Origin: an uncultured Smithella sp.
GTDB taxonomy: Bacteria; Desulfobacterota; Syntrophia; Syntrophales; Smithellaceae
Length of the DNA stretch: 64,000 nt
Direction of reading: 5' to 3'
Assembly (NCBI GenBank): GCA_964547345.1
Contig: CAZJMX010000012.1
Span: 20,710 to 84,709, forward strand
Program-made: the position numbers and the translations under genes
Notes under the pieces: generated by a model
The model's input: the letters and a program-made list of their open reading frames with translations, nothing else
What the model was told of the DNA's origin: nothing
The model's database searches: none
Shown: one piece after another, positions 48,906 to 58,933 of the stretch
Layout of the letters: each line of letters opens with the position of its first letter
How positions within the stretch are numbered: position 1 is the stretch's first letter

Positions 48906-51008
48906 ATGAGCATGAACATTCCGGCAAATACTGCCATCAATCCGGACATGAATCTTGGAAGTCTGTTGCAAATGTTAAAGACGGCTGGTTCGGATCAGGC
49001 TTTTGGAGCGGGACAAAATGACGGGATGTCTGAAGACTCTACAAAAAGCGGAAATCTATTCTCGCAAATTCTGAACCAGCAGTTTGCTTTGCTTCTACAA
49101 TCCGGTGATTCCGAAAGCATTGAGGCTCAAGGGGCTTTGTCGAATACATTAGAAAAACTTTTATCGGAAAATCCAAATGCAACGTCAGAACTCATCGCTC
49201 AAATTGAAATGTTGCTGATGAGCGGACAGATTGTTCCGATTGTTCAGGACGATGAAGGAATATTACCTTCCGTAGGAATAGGGGAACAGAATCCATCAAG
49301 TTCCAAAACAGAATCAAATTTTACGGATTCGAAAAAACAGATCATCGATCAAGTCATTCATAATTTAATGCCGCAAAAAAGCGTGGCCGCAACTTTCCTT
49401 CCCGGGTTCCAGAAAGACGATCTGAATGCGTTTAATGCAGTTGCCTCGAGGATTACCCCCGAAGGCCTTCAAGACATAGCTGCATTCAGTAAAACCGATG
49501 TCTTGCTACAGCAGGATCAAATCGTCGGCAAGCCCGTATTGACGGAAGTGCCATTGAAGGCAACCGCCGATCCGGACATCAAAGTGAAAATGGTTTCGAG
49601 CGATGCCCCCATACCGTGGATGGCTGGCACAGAAACACAGAACAAAACATCAGCACACACCAAAGCGGATGGATTGTTGGCGCAGGATACAGTTGTCGGC
49701 AAGCCCGTATTGACGGAAGTGCCATTGAAGGCAACCGCCGATCCGGACATCAAAGTGAAAATGGTTTCGAGCGATGCCCCCATACCGTGGATGGCTGGCA
49801 CAGAAACACAGAACAAAACATCAGCACACACCAAAGCGGATGGATTGCCGGCGCAGGATCAAGTTGTTGGCAAGCCCGTATTGATGGAAGGACAGCCAAA
49901 GGCAACTACCGATCCGGATGCCAAAGTAAGCCTGTCTTCGGGGTATACCGATGCAGAGTTGAACGTATCCGTCAAAGGACGCGATGAAATTCCGGCAGAA
50001 AAGAATATCCAGCATTTGTTGAAGGACGGGCAGGTGAAAGAACCGGTCTTCTCTGGTGATCAGGTAAAAAAAGCGGATGTTTCTGAAAGCAGGGAAAAGG
50101 GGACGGCCTATGAGAACCGCGACAGGGCGTTTCAGGCAACCATTGCGCAGGATAAACCTTTTACAGATCAGGGAGCCGTTGAAAGTCATCTGAACAAAAC
50201 AGGCGCCCCATTCAAAAATGTCGTTTTGGATAAAGACAACCGCCAAAACATATCCAGTGCAGTGCAAGCCGACGATCATTTGTCAGGTTCCGATGAAAAG
50301 AAAGAGATGCCTCTTATACCGAAACAAAATGTTTCCGGCGCTCAGCCGTCCTTTAATGGCTATAATCCCGACAGCAATACCGCAGGCAAAGCTTTTGCCC
50401 TGCAAATAGACAGTGCCGAGGCAAATGAAAAAATAAGAACGGCCTATAAAATCCCGGCCATGCCGGTGGGGAAAAATGCTGAAAGCAATCCCTTCAATCC
50501 CACGGCTTTATCCGGTGTTCTTCCGATCAAGACGGAAAGCGGCGACGTTACGCCCTCATCCATCATTAACCGGGTGGCTGCGGAATTTCGTGAAAATCTG
50601 ATGAACGAAGGGGGGCGTGTAAGAATCACCTTAACGCCGCCTTCCCTGGGGACGCTGGAAATGGACATTTCCGTCCAAAACAGCAAAGTCCGGGTGATGC
50701 TGATTGCTGAAAATAAAGACGTTCAGCGAATGCTTTCCGGAAGTCTCGATGCCTTGAAAGGATCTTTGCAAACCCAGGGGCTGACCATTGAGCGGTGCGA
50801 CGTCATGATGCAGGATCGCCGGGAAGAGTATTCGCAGGGCTTCAACGGGCAGCAGGCTTTTCATCATGACCAGGAAGCGCGGGAAAGAAATTTCCGTCGG
50901 GAAGCTCTCGACAATCAACCCCTCGCAGTTGGAGTCGCCCCGAATGTTCAAAAGCCTGTGGGCCGTTCAATATTGACCGGTTCGGAATCTATCAGTTTAT
51001 TTGTTTAG
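48906..51008 (+). CDS. fliK: Flagellar hook-length control protein FliK
   Basis: 700 aa. C-terminal Flg_hook domain (RITLTPPSLGTLEMDISVQNSKVRVMLIAENKDV). Located before flgD-flgE. Long low-complexity ruler region with internal repeats. Confidence 0.85.
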   Translation: MSMNIPANTAINPDMNLGSLLQMLKTAGSDQAFGAGQNDGMSEDSTKSGNLFSQILNQQFALLLQSGDSESIEAQGALSNTLEKLLSENPNATSELIAQIEMLLMSGQIVPIVQDDEGILPSVGIGEQNPSSSKTESNFTDSKKQIIDQVIHNLMPQKSVAATFLPGFQKDDLNAFNAVASRITPEGLQDIAAFSKTDVLLQQDQIVGKPVLTEVPLKATADPDIKVKMVSSDAPIPWMAGTETQNKTSAHTKADGLLAQDTVVGKPVLTEVPLKATADPDIKVKMVSSDAPIPWMAGTETQNKTSAHTKADGLPAQDQVVGKPVLMEGQPKATTDPDAKVSLSSGYTDAELNVSVKGRDEIPAEKNIQHLLKDGQVKEPVFSGDQVKKADVSESREKGTAYENRDRAFQATIAQDKPFTDQGAVESHLNKTGAPFKNVVLDKDNRQNISSAVQADDHLSGSDEKKEMPLIPKQNVSGAQPSFNGYNPDSNTAGKAFALQIDSAEANEKIRTAYKIPAMPVGKNAESNPFNPTALSGVLPIKTESGDVTPSSIINRVAAEFRENLMNEGGRVRITLTPPSLGTLEMDISVQNSKVRVMLIAENKDVQRMLSGSLDALKGSLQTQGLTIERCDVMMQDRREEYSQGFNGQQAFHHDQEARERNFRREALDNQPLAVGVAPNVQKPVGRSILTGSESISLFV
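49511..49925 (+). repeat. In-frame 171-bp tandem repeat inside fliK (2 full copies plus 1 diverged partial copy)
   Basis: Units start at 49511, 49682 and 49853. Positions 49524-49676 and 49695-49847 are identical over 153 nt. Confidence 0.95.
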
Positions 51009-51020
51009 AAGGAGAAGAAA

Positions 51021-51671
51021 ATGAGCACAACGATTCAAAATGTAACCAGCGGCGCAGCAAACAGCGCATCCACGGCAACCAGAAACAATCTGGATAAAGA
51101 TGCTTTTATGAAGATGTTGATCGCCCAGTTGCAAAATCAGGATCCGCTCAATCCCATGGACGGCACCCAGTTTGCCGTTCAACTGGCTCAGTTCACGTCG
51201 CTTGAGAAACTGACCAATTTAAACGAGACGATGAGTGTATTGCCGACGTACCTGAGTTCATTTGCTAACGCGCAGATGGTCAATCTGATCGGCAACGAGG
51301 CGCTGGCCAAAGGTAATATGATTGACGTCAGTTCAACATCGGCCAAAATATCCTACAAGCTGCCTTCGTCGATTGCCAACGCAACGATCAGTGTCTTTAA
51401 CGCCAATGGGGAAAAAGTGGATACCGTGAAGGTTGGCAATCAGGAATCGGGCATCAACAAGGTTACCTGGAATTGCGGCAACATCGCTCAGGGGAAATAT
51501 ACGTTCGAAATCAATGCAACGGATTCAAGCGGCAGAGCTGTGACGGCGGATACTCTGATTTCCGGGATGGTTACGGGAACATCTTTTAAAGATAATGTCG
51601 CTTATTTAACAATTAACGGTCAGGAAGTGGCATTTTCCAATGTCGTTGCGATTAATAAAGCAAGTAATTAA
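51021..51671 (+). CDS. flgD: Flagellar hook capping/assembly protein FlgD
   Basis: 216 aa with LDKDAFMKMLIAQLQNQDPLNPMD motif. Confidence 0.93.
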   Translation: MSTTIQNVTSGAANSASTATRNNLDKDAFMKMLIAQLQNQDPLNPMDGTQFAVQLAQFTSLEKLTNLNETMSVLPTYLSSFANAQMVNLIGNEALAKGNMIDVSSTSAKISYKLPSSIANATISVFNANGEKVDTVKVGNQESGINKVTWNCGNIAQGKYTFEINATDSSGRAVTADTLISGMVTGTSFKDNVAYLTINGQEVAFSNVVAINKASN

Positions 51672-51698
51672 TATTTTCAGATAGAGGAGGAAATAATT

Positions 51699-53243
51699 AT
51701 GGGTAGCGCGCTATTTACGGGAATTTCGGGTTTGAATGCCAGCTCCAAGGAACTGGACGTCATCGCCAACAATCTGGCGAACGTGAACACCATCGGTTTT
51801 AAGTCCAATAAAACGTATTTTGCGGACGTTTTGAGCTCGAGTTTGTCGGGTGGTTCGTCAGGAAGCGTGCAAGTGGGGCGAGGTGTTGCCGTGACGGGAG
51901 TGCAGACGCAGTTCGGCGCAGGGTCCTTTGAAAGCACAGGTAACGCAACCGATGTGGCCATCGACGGGGACGGCTTTTTTATGGTCAATGACACTGAAGG
52001 CGCCACATATTATACAAGGGCCGGATCGTTCCATCTGGATAACGGCGGTACGCTTGTGGATACTAATGGCTATCGCGTTCAGGGACAGGTTGTGGTCAAC
52101 GGGGAACCGAGCGGTCCGCTCACAGACATTAATCTGCGCGAAGCGCAATCCGAGCCGGTTGTTACAACACGGTTTGCACTGGGAAGCAATTTGAATTCGG
52201 CAACCGCAGCAGGCGGCCAGTATAATACCACGCAAACGGTTTACGATTCACTGGGCGCGAAGCATACACTCAATAACACGTTTACCAAAACGGAAAACAG
52301 CAATGCAGGATACTGGAGCATTCAGGCTGCTTTGGATAATGATCCCGCGACAACCATTTCCGCCGACGGATTTATTTTTGACGGAGAGGGAAGGCTCGAT
52401 CAGATGTATACCGGAGCCGTCGGTGCTGTAACGGAAGTCACAGCCGGAACCGGCACCGCAACCATCGCCTTGGAAAGACCGGGGATGGTTTACCAGACGG
52501 GCGCTTTAACATTGACGCGCGGCGCAAGCGCCGCAGTCTGGAATGTCACAGCACCCGGTCTTTACGCCAATGCCACCGTGTCGAATGTGGATACCATCAA
52601 TAATACGGTTTCCATCAGTCTTGACGGCACGGGGGCCGCTGATTTGGTCATGTCACTTGCCGGTATTTGGGCGGCGGGCGATACGGCGACATTTGACGTA
52701 ACACATTCGACAACGGCTGTTGCCGACGTCGTGGTTGATTTTTCGGGTATTCCGCTGGCCGGCGGCGCCACAATCGGCAATGGCGGCAATGTGACCTGGA
52801 ATTTGACTGGCGCCAACGCGCTGGATATCACCCAATATGCGTCCGCATCCGTCATCCGTGCCGTGAATTCCGACGGTTACGGACCTGGTCAGTTGAAATC
52901 GATTTCCATCGAAACTAGCGGCCTGATCAGCGGTTTCTTCACCAACGGCCAGACCACCGAGCTTGCGCAAATCATCCTGGCGTCTTTCCCCAGTCCCACG
53001 GGGCTCATGAAAATGGGGTCGAACCTGTTTGCCGAAACGGTTGTCTCCGGGTCATCCATCCGCAATATGCCCGGCGAGTCGGGTACGGGAACGCTCACAC
53101 CCAATACGCTGGAAATGTCCAACACGGATATTGCCACCGAGTTCATTAAGATGATCACGGCGCAAAAGGCGTATCAGTCCAACGCGCGTGTCATTACGAC
53201 GCAAGATGCCATCATGCAGGAATTGATGAACCTCAAGAGATAA
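51699..53243 (+). CDS. flgE: Flagellar hook protein FlgE
   Basis: 514 aa with N-terminal LFTGISGLNASSKELDVIANNLANVNTIGFK and C-terminal ...AYQSNARVITTQDAIMQELMNLKR. Confidence 0.94.
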   Translation: MGSALFTGISGLNASSKELDVIANNLANVNTIGFKSNKTYFADVLSSSLSGGSSGSVQVGRGVAVTGVQTQFGAGSFESTGNATDVAIDGDGFFMVNDTEGATYYTRAGSFHLDNGGTLVDTNGYRVQGQVVVNGEPSGPLTDINLREAQSEPVVTTRFALGSNLNSATAAGGQYNTTQTVYDSLGAKHTLNNTFTKTENSNAGYWSIQAALDNDPATTISADGFIFDGEGRLDQMYTGAVGAVTEVTAGTGTATIALERPGMVYQTGALTLTRGASAAVWNVTAPGLYANATVSNVDTINNTVSISLDGTGAADLVMSLAGIWAAGDTATFDVTHSTTAVADVVVDFSGIPLAGGATIGNGGNVTWNLTGANALDITQYASASVIRAVNSDGYGPGQLKSISIETSGLISGFFTNGQTTELAQIILASFPSPTGLMKMGSNLFAETVVSGSSIRNMPGESGTGTLTPNTLEMSNTDIATEFIKMITAQKAYQSNARVITTQDAIMQELMNLKR

Positions 53244-53300
53244 TCATTTACTGGGGCGGGATCTCGTTTAACAGGTCCCGCTCCAATCTATTCAGCCCAC

Positions 53301-53314
53301 GTCAAATATTTGAC
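53301..53314. promoter_or_regulatory. Perfect palindrome GTCAAATATTTGAC upstream of the fliL sigma-54 promoter (candidate activator site)
   Basis: 14-bp perfect palindrome centred about 113 bp upstream of the -24 GG. Shares GTCAA-N4-TTGAC with 36100-36113. Confidence 0.45.
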
Positions 53315-53419
53315 TTTTCGTCAATAAACGTTATTTCCTTACTTTCTATTCGATCATCTACGCATTGTAACTAATAGGAATTCATGGAATATTCAATATT
53401 ATCCTGAGCGGTTTGCCGC

Positions 53420-53435
53420 TGGTATGCTCTTTGCT
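53420..53435 (+). promoter_or_regulatory. Sigma-54 promoter of the fliL-fliA operon
   Basis: TGGTATGCTCTTTGCT, 40 nt upstream of the fliL ATG. Confidence 0.78.
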
Positions 53436-53474
53436 ATTAGCAGTAATAACAATCTAAATAGATGGAGATAACCC

Positions 53475-54011
53475 ATGGCAGCAGCCGACAAGAAGAAAAA
53501 AGACGTCAAAGAGGATACGGAAGAAAACGAAAATGCCGATCAGGCCCAGCCCGAGAAAAAAGGTTCCAGTCTCAAGCTGATTATTATTATTGTCGCTGTT
53601 GTGGCGCTTCTGGGCGGCGGCGGGGCGGCGGCTTATTTTCTTTTCCTGAAGCCCAAACCGCAATCCGCCGACGTAAAAAAGGATGCCGCAGCCAAGCCGC
53701 AGGTTGTTGTTTTCTGGCCGATGGATCCCTTTATCGTGAACCTCATCGACAACGAAGGCGAAAGATATTTGAAAGTGGTTATGCAACTGGAATTGTCGGA
53801 TCAACTCATGGTTGAAGAGATGAAAAAAATCAATCCCAAGCTGCGCGACACGATTTTGGAATTACTATCCGCCAAAACCTATAAGGAAATGATTGATCCG
53901 CTGGGTAAACAGCGCCTGCGCGATGAAATTGTCATGCGCATGAACATGGGTGTGAATTCGCCGAAAGGCAAAGTGGTCAAGGTGTATTTTACGGAATTTG
54001 TCATTCAATAA
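53475..54011 (+). CDS. fliL: Flagellar basal body-associated protein FliL
   Basis: 178 aa with a Lys/Glu-rich N-terminus, a single TM and a FliL core (FIVNLIDNEGERYLKVVMQLEL). Confidence 0.88.
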   Translation: MAAADKKKKDVKEDTEENENADQAQPEKKGSSLKLIIIIVAVVALLGGGGAAAYFLFLKPKPQSADVKKDAAAKPQVVVFWPMDPFIVNLIDNEGERYLKVVMQLELSDQLMVEEMKKINPKLRDTILELLSAKTYKEMIDPLGKQRLRDEIVMRMNMGVNSPKGKVVKVYFTEFVIQ

Positions 54012-54027
54012 ATTGAGTTGAGGTTCC

Positions 54028-55029
54028 ATGACTAATATCCTTTCACAAGAAGAAGTTGATGCCCTGCTTCGGGGAATATCCGGCGGTGAAATTGAAACGG
54101 ACTCGGAGGAGTATCACGAGCCTGGCGCCATTATCCCTTATGATCTGACCAGTCAGGATCGCATCATCCGGGGCCGCATGCCGACGTTGGAGATGACCAA
54201 CGAAAAGTTCGCCCGTACGTTTCGGGCAACGTTGTCGTCTCTTTTGCGAAAAGTCATTTCCATCACGGCCGTATCCGCCGACATGATTAAATTCGGCGAA
54301 TTTCTCAAGACACTGCCTGTGCCCACCAGTCTTCATCTTTTCCGCATGGATCCCATGCGCGGTAACGCCATCTTTGTCGTGGAGTCCAAGGTTATTTTTA
54401 CCCTCGTCGATATTATCTTCGGAGGGACCGGGACGGAAGCTTTTAAAATTGAAGGACGGGAATTTACGGCCATCGAAAACAATCTGATTAAAAGAATTGT
54501 ACTGGCTGCTCTTACGGATCTTGAAAAATGCTGGAAGCCTTTGATTGATCTGACGATCAGCTATCAACGTGCGGAAATCAATCCTCAGTTTGCCCAGATT
54601 GTTCCGCCGACTGACGTGGTGATTGTGATGAATTTTGAAGTGGAAGTGGAGTACACCTCCGGTGTTGTTTCCATTTGCATCCCCTATTCAATGCTCGAAC
54701 CGATCAAAGAAAAACTCTCCGCCGGTTTCCAGAGCGAACAGTTGGAAGTCGATAAAGCCTGGTCCAACCGATTTAAAACGGGTTTATTGAAATCCTATGT
54801 GGACATCATGGTTGAATTGGGCAGCGTGTCGATTCATGGCAAGGACATTGTCAATCTCAAAAGAGGTGACGTGATTCAACTGGATCATTATGCGTCCGAT
54901 CCACTCGATATATTTGTCGAAGGGATTCCCAAGTACAAGGGGTTTCCCGGAATATATAAAGGCAATCAAGCCATTCAGGTAGCGCAGATTATTACGGGAA
55001 AAGAGGATTTGGAATATGGAACAGAATGA
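54028..55029 (+). CDS. fliM: Flagellar motor switch protein FliM
   Basis: 333 aa. N-terminal LSQEEVDALL is the CheY-P binding motif. Confidence 0.94.
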   Translation: MTNILSQEEVDALLRGISGGEIETDSEEYHEPGAIIPYDLTSQDRIIRGRMPTLEMTNEKFARTFRATLSSLLRKVISITAVSADMIKFGEFLKTLPVPTSLHLFRMDPMRGNAIFVVESKVIFTLVDIIFGGTGTEAFKIEGREFTAIENNLIKRIVLAALTDLEKCWKPLIDLTISYQRAEINPQFAQIVPPTDVVIVMNFEVEVEYTSGVVSICIPYSMLEPIKEKLSAGFQSEQLEVDKAWSNRFKTGLLKSYVDIMVELGSVSIHGKDIVNLKRGDVIQLDHYASDPLDIFVEGIPKYKGFPGIYKGNQAIQVAQIITGKEDLEYGTE

Positions 55030-55471
55030 AATTGACGAATTGATGAAAGGCGTCGGGCAGCCCAAGGAAGCCTCGGTTGCTGATGACAACATCAGTTGGG
55101 ACGATGTTCAGGAAGAGTTGGAACAAACTGCGCATCCGAACGCCCCGAAAACGGAAGTATCCAATATCCATTTCGACGAGTTGCAAAAGACCCAGCCGCC
55201 GGGAAGAACCAATTTCAATCTTGATTTTATTCTCGATATTCCGCTGACCTTAACTGCGGAGCTGGGTCGCAGCAAGATGCTCATCAGCGAGCTTTTGCAA
55301 CTCGGCCAGGGGTCTGTGCTGGAACTTTCCAAACTCGCCGGCGAGCCGATGGATATTTACGTCAATCAGCGGTTGATCGCCCGCGGTGAAGTCGTTGTCG
55401 TCAACGAAAAATTCGGCGTGCGTCTGACGGATATCGTGTCGCCGGCGGAACGCGTTAATAAACTGGTATAG
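55016..55471 (+). CDS. fliN: Flagellar motor switch protein FliN
   Basis: 151 aa with C-terminal SpoA domain (LDIPLTLTAELGRSKM...VVVNEKFGVRLTDIV). Confidence 0.93.
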   Translation: MEQNEIDELMKGVGQPKEASVADDNISWDDVQEELEQTAHPNAPKTEVSNIHFDELQKTQPPGRTNFNLDFILDIPLTLTAELGRSKMLISELLQLGQGSVLELSKLAGEPMDIYVNQRLIARGEVVVVNEKFGVRLTDIVSPAERVNKLV

Positions 55472-55484
55472 GCGGGACGTTTCG

Positions 55485-55886
55485 ATGGAAAATGTTTCAA
55501 TGGTGTCCGCATTTCTGAAAATGATTTTTGCGCTGGCCATTGTGCTGGGGCTTTTGATCGGCGTGATGTATTTTATTAAAATATTCATGCAACGCACGGG
55601 GCCTGTAGGCGACAGCTCATCATTAATTAATATTCTGTCTTCGAAGTATCTGGGGCCGAAATCCAGCATCATTCTGGTGGAGGTGATGGAGCAAGTCATC
55701 GTGGTCGGCGTTTCCGGCCAGCAGATGACGCCCCTGGCCCGTATTGATGATCCGCTGACGATTGCCAAGATGAAATCGCATCGGAGTCATGCTGCGGCAG
55801 GTTCATCTCCGAGTGATAAAATCGCCAGACTATTGTCGCTTGCCAATTTCCACGGCGTCAAGAAAACGGATAAGACGGCAAAATGA
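55485..55886 (+). CDS. fliO: Flagellar biosynthesis protein FliO
   Basis: 133 aa with a single TM, located between fliN and fliP. Overlaps the fliP start (ATGA). Confidence 0.75.
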   Translation: MENVSMVSAFLKMIFALAIVLGLLIGVMYFIKIFMQRTGPVGDSSSLINILSSKYLGPKSSIILVEVMEQVIVVGVSGQQMTPLARIDDPLTIAKMKSHRSHAAAGSSPSDKIARLLSLANFHGVKKTDKTAK

Positions 55887-56656
55887 AGAAATCATTATTC
55901 GCCATTGCGGGTATTTCAGTCGGACTGGTCATCTGTTCCATGATTTTACCTGTACTCGTTTCCGCAGCGCAGCCTTTTTCTCTGCCGAATGTCAATCTGA
56001 CCCTGTCCGGAGGGACGACCGAGCCGGAAAAGATTCAGTCGCTGATACAACTGGTCATTTTGTTGACCATCTTGACACTGGCGCCTGCGATTCTTCTGAT
56101 GGTTACCTCTTTTACGCGTATTGTGATTGTTTTATCCCTGCTTCGCCATGCACTGGGCACGCAGCAAATGCCGCCGAATCAGGTCATCATCGGCCTGTCG
56201 CTTTTTTTAACCTTCTTCATCATGTCGCCTGTGATTACCAAGGTCAACACCGAAGCGTTGAAACCCTATTACGAAGAGCAGATATCCGGCGAGGCGGCTA
56301 TGACCAAGGCTGTGGCTCCGGTCAAGGCATTCATGCTCAGGCAAGTGCGGGAAAAAGATTTGGCTCTGTTCATCAAAATTGCCAAAGAAGAGAGGCCCAG
56401 CAAACCGGAAGACGTATCGCTTATCACGCTGATTCCGGCCTTTGCAATCAGTGAACTGAAAACCGCGTTTCAGATCGGCTTTATGATTTATCTGCCTTTT
56501 TTAATTCTGGATATGGTGGTTGCGAGTGTGTTGTTGTCCATGGGGATGATGATGCTGCCGCCGATTATGGTGAGTCTGCCGTTCAAACTACTCTTGTTCG
56601 TTCTGGTGGACGGCTGGAATTTGATTGTCGGCTCTCTGGTACAAAGTTTTCGTTAG
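55883..56656 (+). CDS. fliP: Flagellar export apparatus protein FliP
   Basis: 257 aa with signal peptide and conserved ...[27 protein letters not shown]... Confidence 0.95.
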   Translation: MKKSLFAIAGISVGLVICSMILPVLVSAAQPFSLPNVNLTLSGGTTEPEKIQSLIQLVILLTILTLAPAILLMVTSFTRIVIVLSLLRHALGTQQMPPNQVIIGLSLFLTFFIMSPVITKVNTEALKPYYEEQISGEAAMTKAVAPVKAFMLRQVREKDLALFIKIAKEERPSKPEDVSLITLIPAFAISELKTAFQIGFMIYLPFLILDMVVASVLLSMGMMMLPPIMVSLPFKLLLFVLVDGWNLIVGSLVQSFR

Positions 56657-56671
56657 GCAAGGGGGAGTAAA

Positions 56672-56941
56672 ATGACACCCGATGCAATAGCCGGAATAAT
56701 GTCGGAAACCATCAAGGTCACACTGCTGGTTGCGGCGCCGATGCTGATTGTGGGACTGGTGGTGGGTGTGTTGATCAGCCTGTTTCAGGCGGTCACGCAA
56801 ATTCAGGAAATGACGCTGGTCTTTGTGCCAAAAATTGTTGCCGTATTGATTACGCTCATTGCGGCTCTGCCCTGGATGATCGGTATGATGATGAATTACA
56901 CGCAGACGCTGTTTACGAATATTCCTTTGTATGTGAAGTAG
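56672..56941 (+). CDS. fliQ: Flagellar export apparatus protein FliQ
   Basis: 89 aa with two TMs (…LISLFQAVTQIQEMTL…). Confidence 0.93.
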   Translation: MTPDAIAGIMSETIKVTLLVAAPMLIVGLVVGVLISLFQAVTQIQEMTLVFVPKIVAVLITLIAALPWMIGMMMNYTQTLFTNIPLYVK

Positions 56942-56991
56942 GGAATGCCGGATAGACGCCATGATCAGCAACGAAAACGGAGATCCTGTCC

Positions 56992-57771
56992 ATGACTCTA
57001 CCTTTCTTATCCTCCGAACACCTCGTTGCTTTTGTTCTCGTACTGCTCCGGGTGAGCGCCATGATTGTCACCATCCCGGTATTTTCCGAACGCACCGTGC
57101 CGGCCCAGATTAAGGCCGGCCTGTCCATTCTTGTTACGCTGATCATTTTTCCCCTGGTGATGTCCCAAGTGCCGCCGACTCAAAATTATCACTTGATCCA
57201 GTTAGTATTTCTGATGATCGGCGAAACCCTGATTGGTGTGACGATTGGTTTTTCCGCCAGACTGTTATTTGCCGCCATTCAGTTTGCGGGTAATGTCATC
57301 GGTTTTGAAATGGGGTTTTCCGTTGCCAATGTGATCGATCCGATGAGTTCCCAGCAGGTTTCCATTATTACTGAATTGCAGTACCTGATGGCGATGCTGG
57401 TTTTTCTGAGCATCAACGCCCACCATCTGTTTTTTCAGGCGATCATCCAGAGTTACTCGGTTTTGCCGCCACTCACCTTTCATTTCTCCGGTCAGCTCAT
57501 GCAGCTTATTCTCGATATTTCGAAGGAGATGTTTGTGATTGCGCTGAAACTGGCGGCGCCGCTTACGGCGGTGATGGTCTTTACCAATGTGGCGCTCGGG
57601 ATTGTGGCGCGCACTGTGCCGCAAATGAATATCTTTATCGTCGGTTTTCCATTGCAGATCTCTATCGGATTGATTTTTCTGGGCCTGACGGCGCCTTTAT
57701 TTGTTCACATGATCCAGGGAATTTTTGGCGGACTGGAAGGTAAGATCATTTCGCTTTTGCGATTGATGTGA
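56992..57771 (+). CDS. fliR: Flagellar export apparatus protein FliR
   Basis: 259-aa polytopic protein in the fliQ-fliR-flhB position. Confidence 0.9.
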   Translation: MTLPFLSSEHLVAFVLVLLRVSAMIVTIPVFSERTVPAQIKAGLSILVTLIIFPLVMSQVPPTQNYHLIQLVFLMIGETLIGVTIGFSARLLFAAIQFAGNVIGFEMGFSVANVIDPMSSQQVSIITELQYLMAMLVFLSINAHHLFFQAIIQSYSVLPPLTFHFSGQLMQLILDISKEMFVIALKLAAPLTAVMVFTNVALGIVARTVPQMNIFIVGFPLQISIGLIFLGLTAPLFVHMIQGIFGGLEGKIISLLRLM

Positions 57772-57853
57772 GAGTTTTGCGGAGCAATGACGGAGCAGCC
57801 GGAACCAAGTAACGAAATATTGACGCATCTGTCAGGAAATTGGTGGAGTTGAG

Positions 57854-58927
57854 ATGGCAGAGAACGATGATCAGGAGCGAACCGAGCAAGCCACATCGAA
57901 ACGACGCGAAGAAGCGCGCGAAAAGGGGCAGGTGCCCCGATCTCAGGAAGTCGTTTCAGTCGGGATTTTGATTGCCGGGCTTCTGTTCTTTTATTTCGGC
58001 GGGTCCACGCTGCTTTCAAAGACGATGAACGTCATGACGGTCGGTTTGCGTGAGGCGGGAGGGGCGGATCTGACGCCTAACAGTACCAGCATAATCATTA
58101 CCAATTACATATTTAATGGCTTCGGCATCCTTTTTCCTCTGCTGGTCGCCGTGCTGGTCGCCGCGCTTTTGGGGAATGTTCTGCAATTCGGTTTTATGTT
58201 CAGCACGGAGTCCATTCAACCGAAAATAGACAAAATCAGCCCGGCCAAGGGATTTAAAAGACTGTTTTCAGTTCGCTCTATTGTCGAATTGATCAAGGGG
58301 ATTTTAAAGATTTGTGTCATCGGCTTTGTGGCGTATATTATTATTCGTAAAGAATTCGATCATTTAATCACGCTGTCGGATCAATCGATCTGGGGCATGT
58401 TCAGTTATATGAGTGCTGTTTGTTTTAAAATACTGCTTGCGACGACAGTTGTTTTGGTTTTTCTGGCTATTCTGGATTATGTCTATCAGCGCTGGGAATA
58501 TGAAAAAAGTCTGCGCATGACCAAGCAGGAAATCAGAGATGAATTCAAGAATTCGGAAGGCGATCCGATGATCAAAGCCAGAATTCGCCGAATCCAGCGG
58601 GAGATGGCCCGCAAGCGGATGATGGCCGAAGTGCCCAAAGCCGATGTGGTCATCACCAACCCCACCCATCTGGCCATTGCCATCCAATACGACCCGTTAA
58701 GCATGCAGGCGCCGATTGTCGTGGCCAAAGGCGCAGATTTCATCGCGGAAAAAATTCGAAGGATTGCCGAAGAAAATGATGTCCCCCTGGTCGAAAATAA
58801 ACCTCTGGCACAGGTATTGTATAAGATTGTAAAGGTGAACCATGTGGTGCCGGAAGATCTTTATAAAGCGGTGGCGGAAGTGCTGGCATTCGTTTACGAA
58901 CAAAAAAAGATTAAAATATTCGGATAA
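57854..58927 (+). CDS. flhB: Flagellar export switch protein FlhB
   Basis: 357 aa with MAENDDQERTEQATSKRREEAREKGQV N-terminus and NPTH autocleavage site (VITNPTHLA). Confidence 0.95.
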   Translation: MAENDDQERTEQATSKRREEAREKGQVPRSQEVVSVGILIAGLLFFYFGGSTLLSKTMNVMTVGLREAGGADLTPNSTSIIITNYIFNGFGILFPLLVAVLVAALLGNVLQFGFMFSTESIQPKIDKISPAKGFKRLFSVRSIVELIKGILKICVIGFVAYIIIRKEFDHLITLSDQSIWGMFSYMSAVCFKILLATTVVLVFLAILDYVYQRWEYEKSLRMTKQEIRDEFKNSEGDPMIKARIRRIQREMARKRMMAEVPKADVVITNPTHLAIAIQYDPLSMQAPIVVAKGADFIAEKIRRIAEENDVPLVENKPLAQVLYKIVKVNHVVPEDLYKAVAEVLAFVYEQKKIKIFG

Positions 58928-58933
58928 AAGAAA

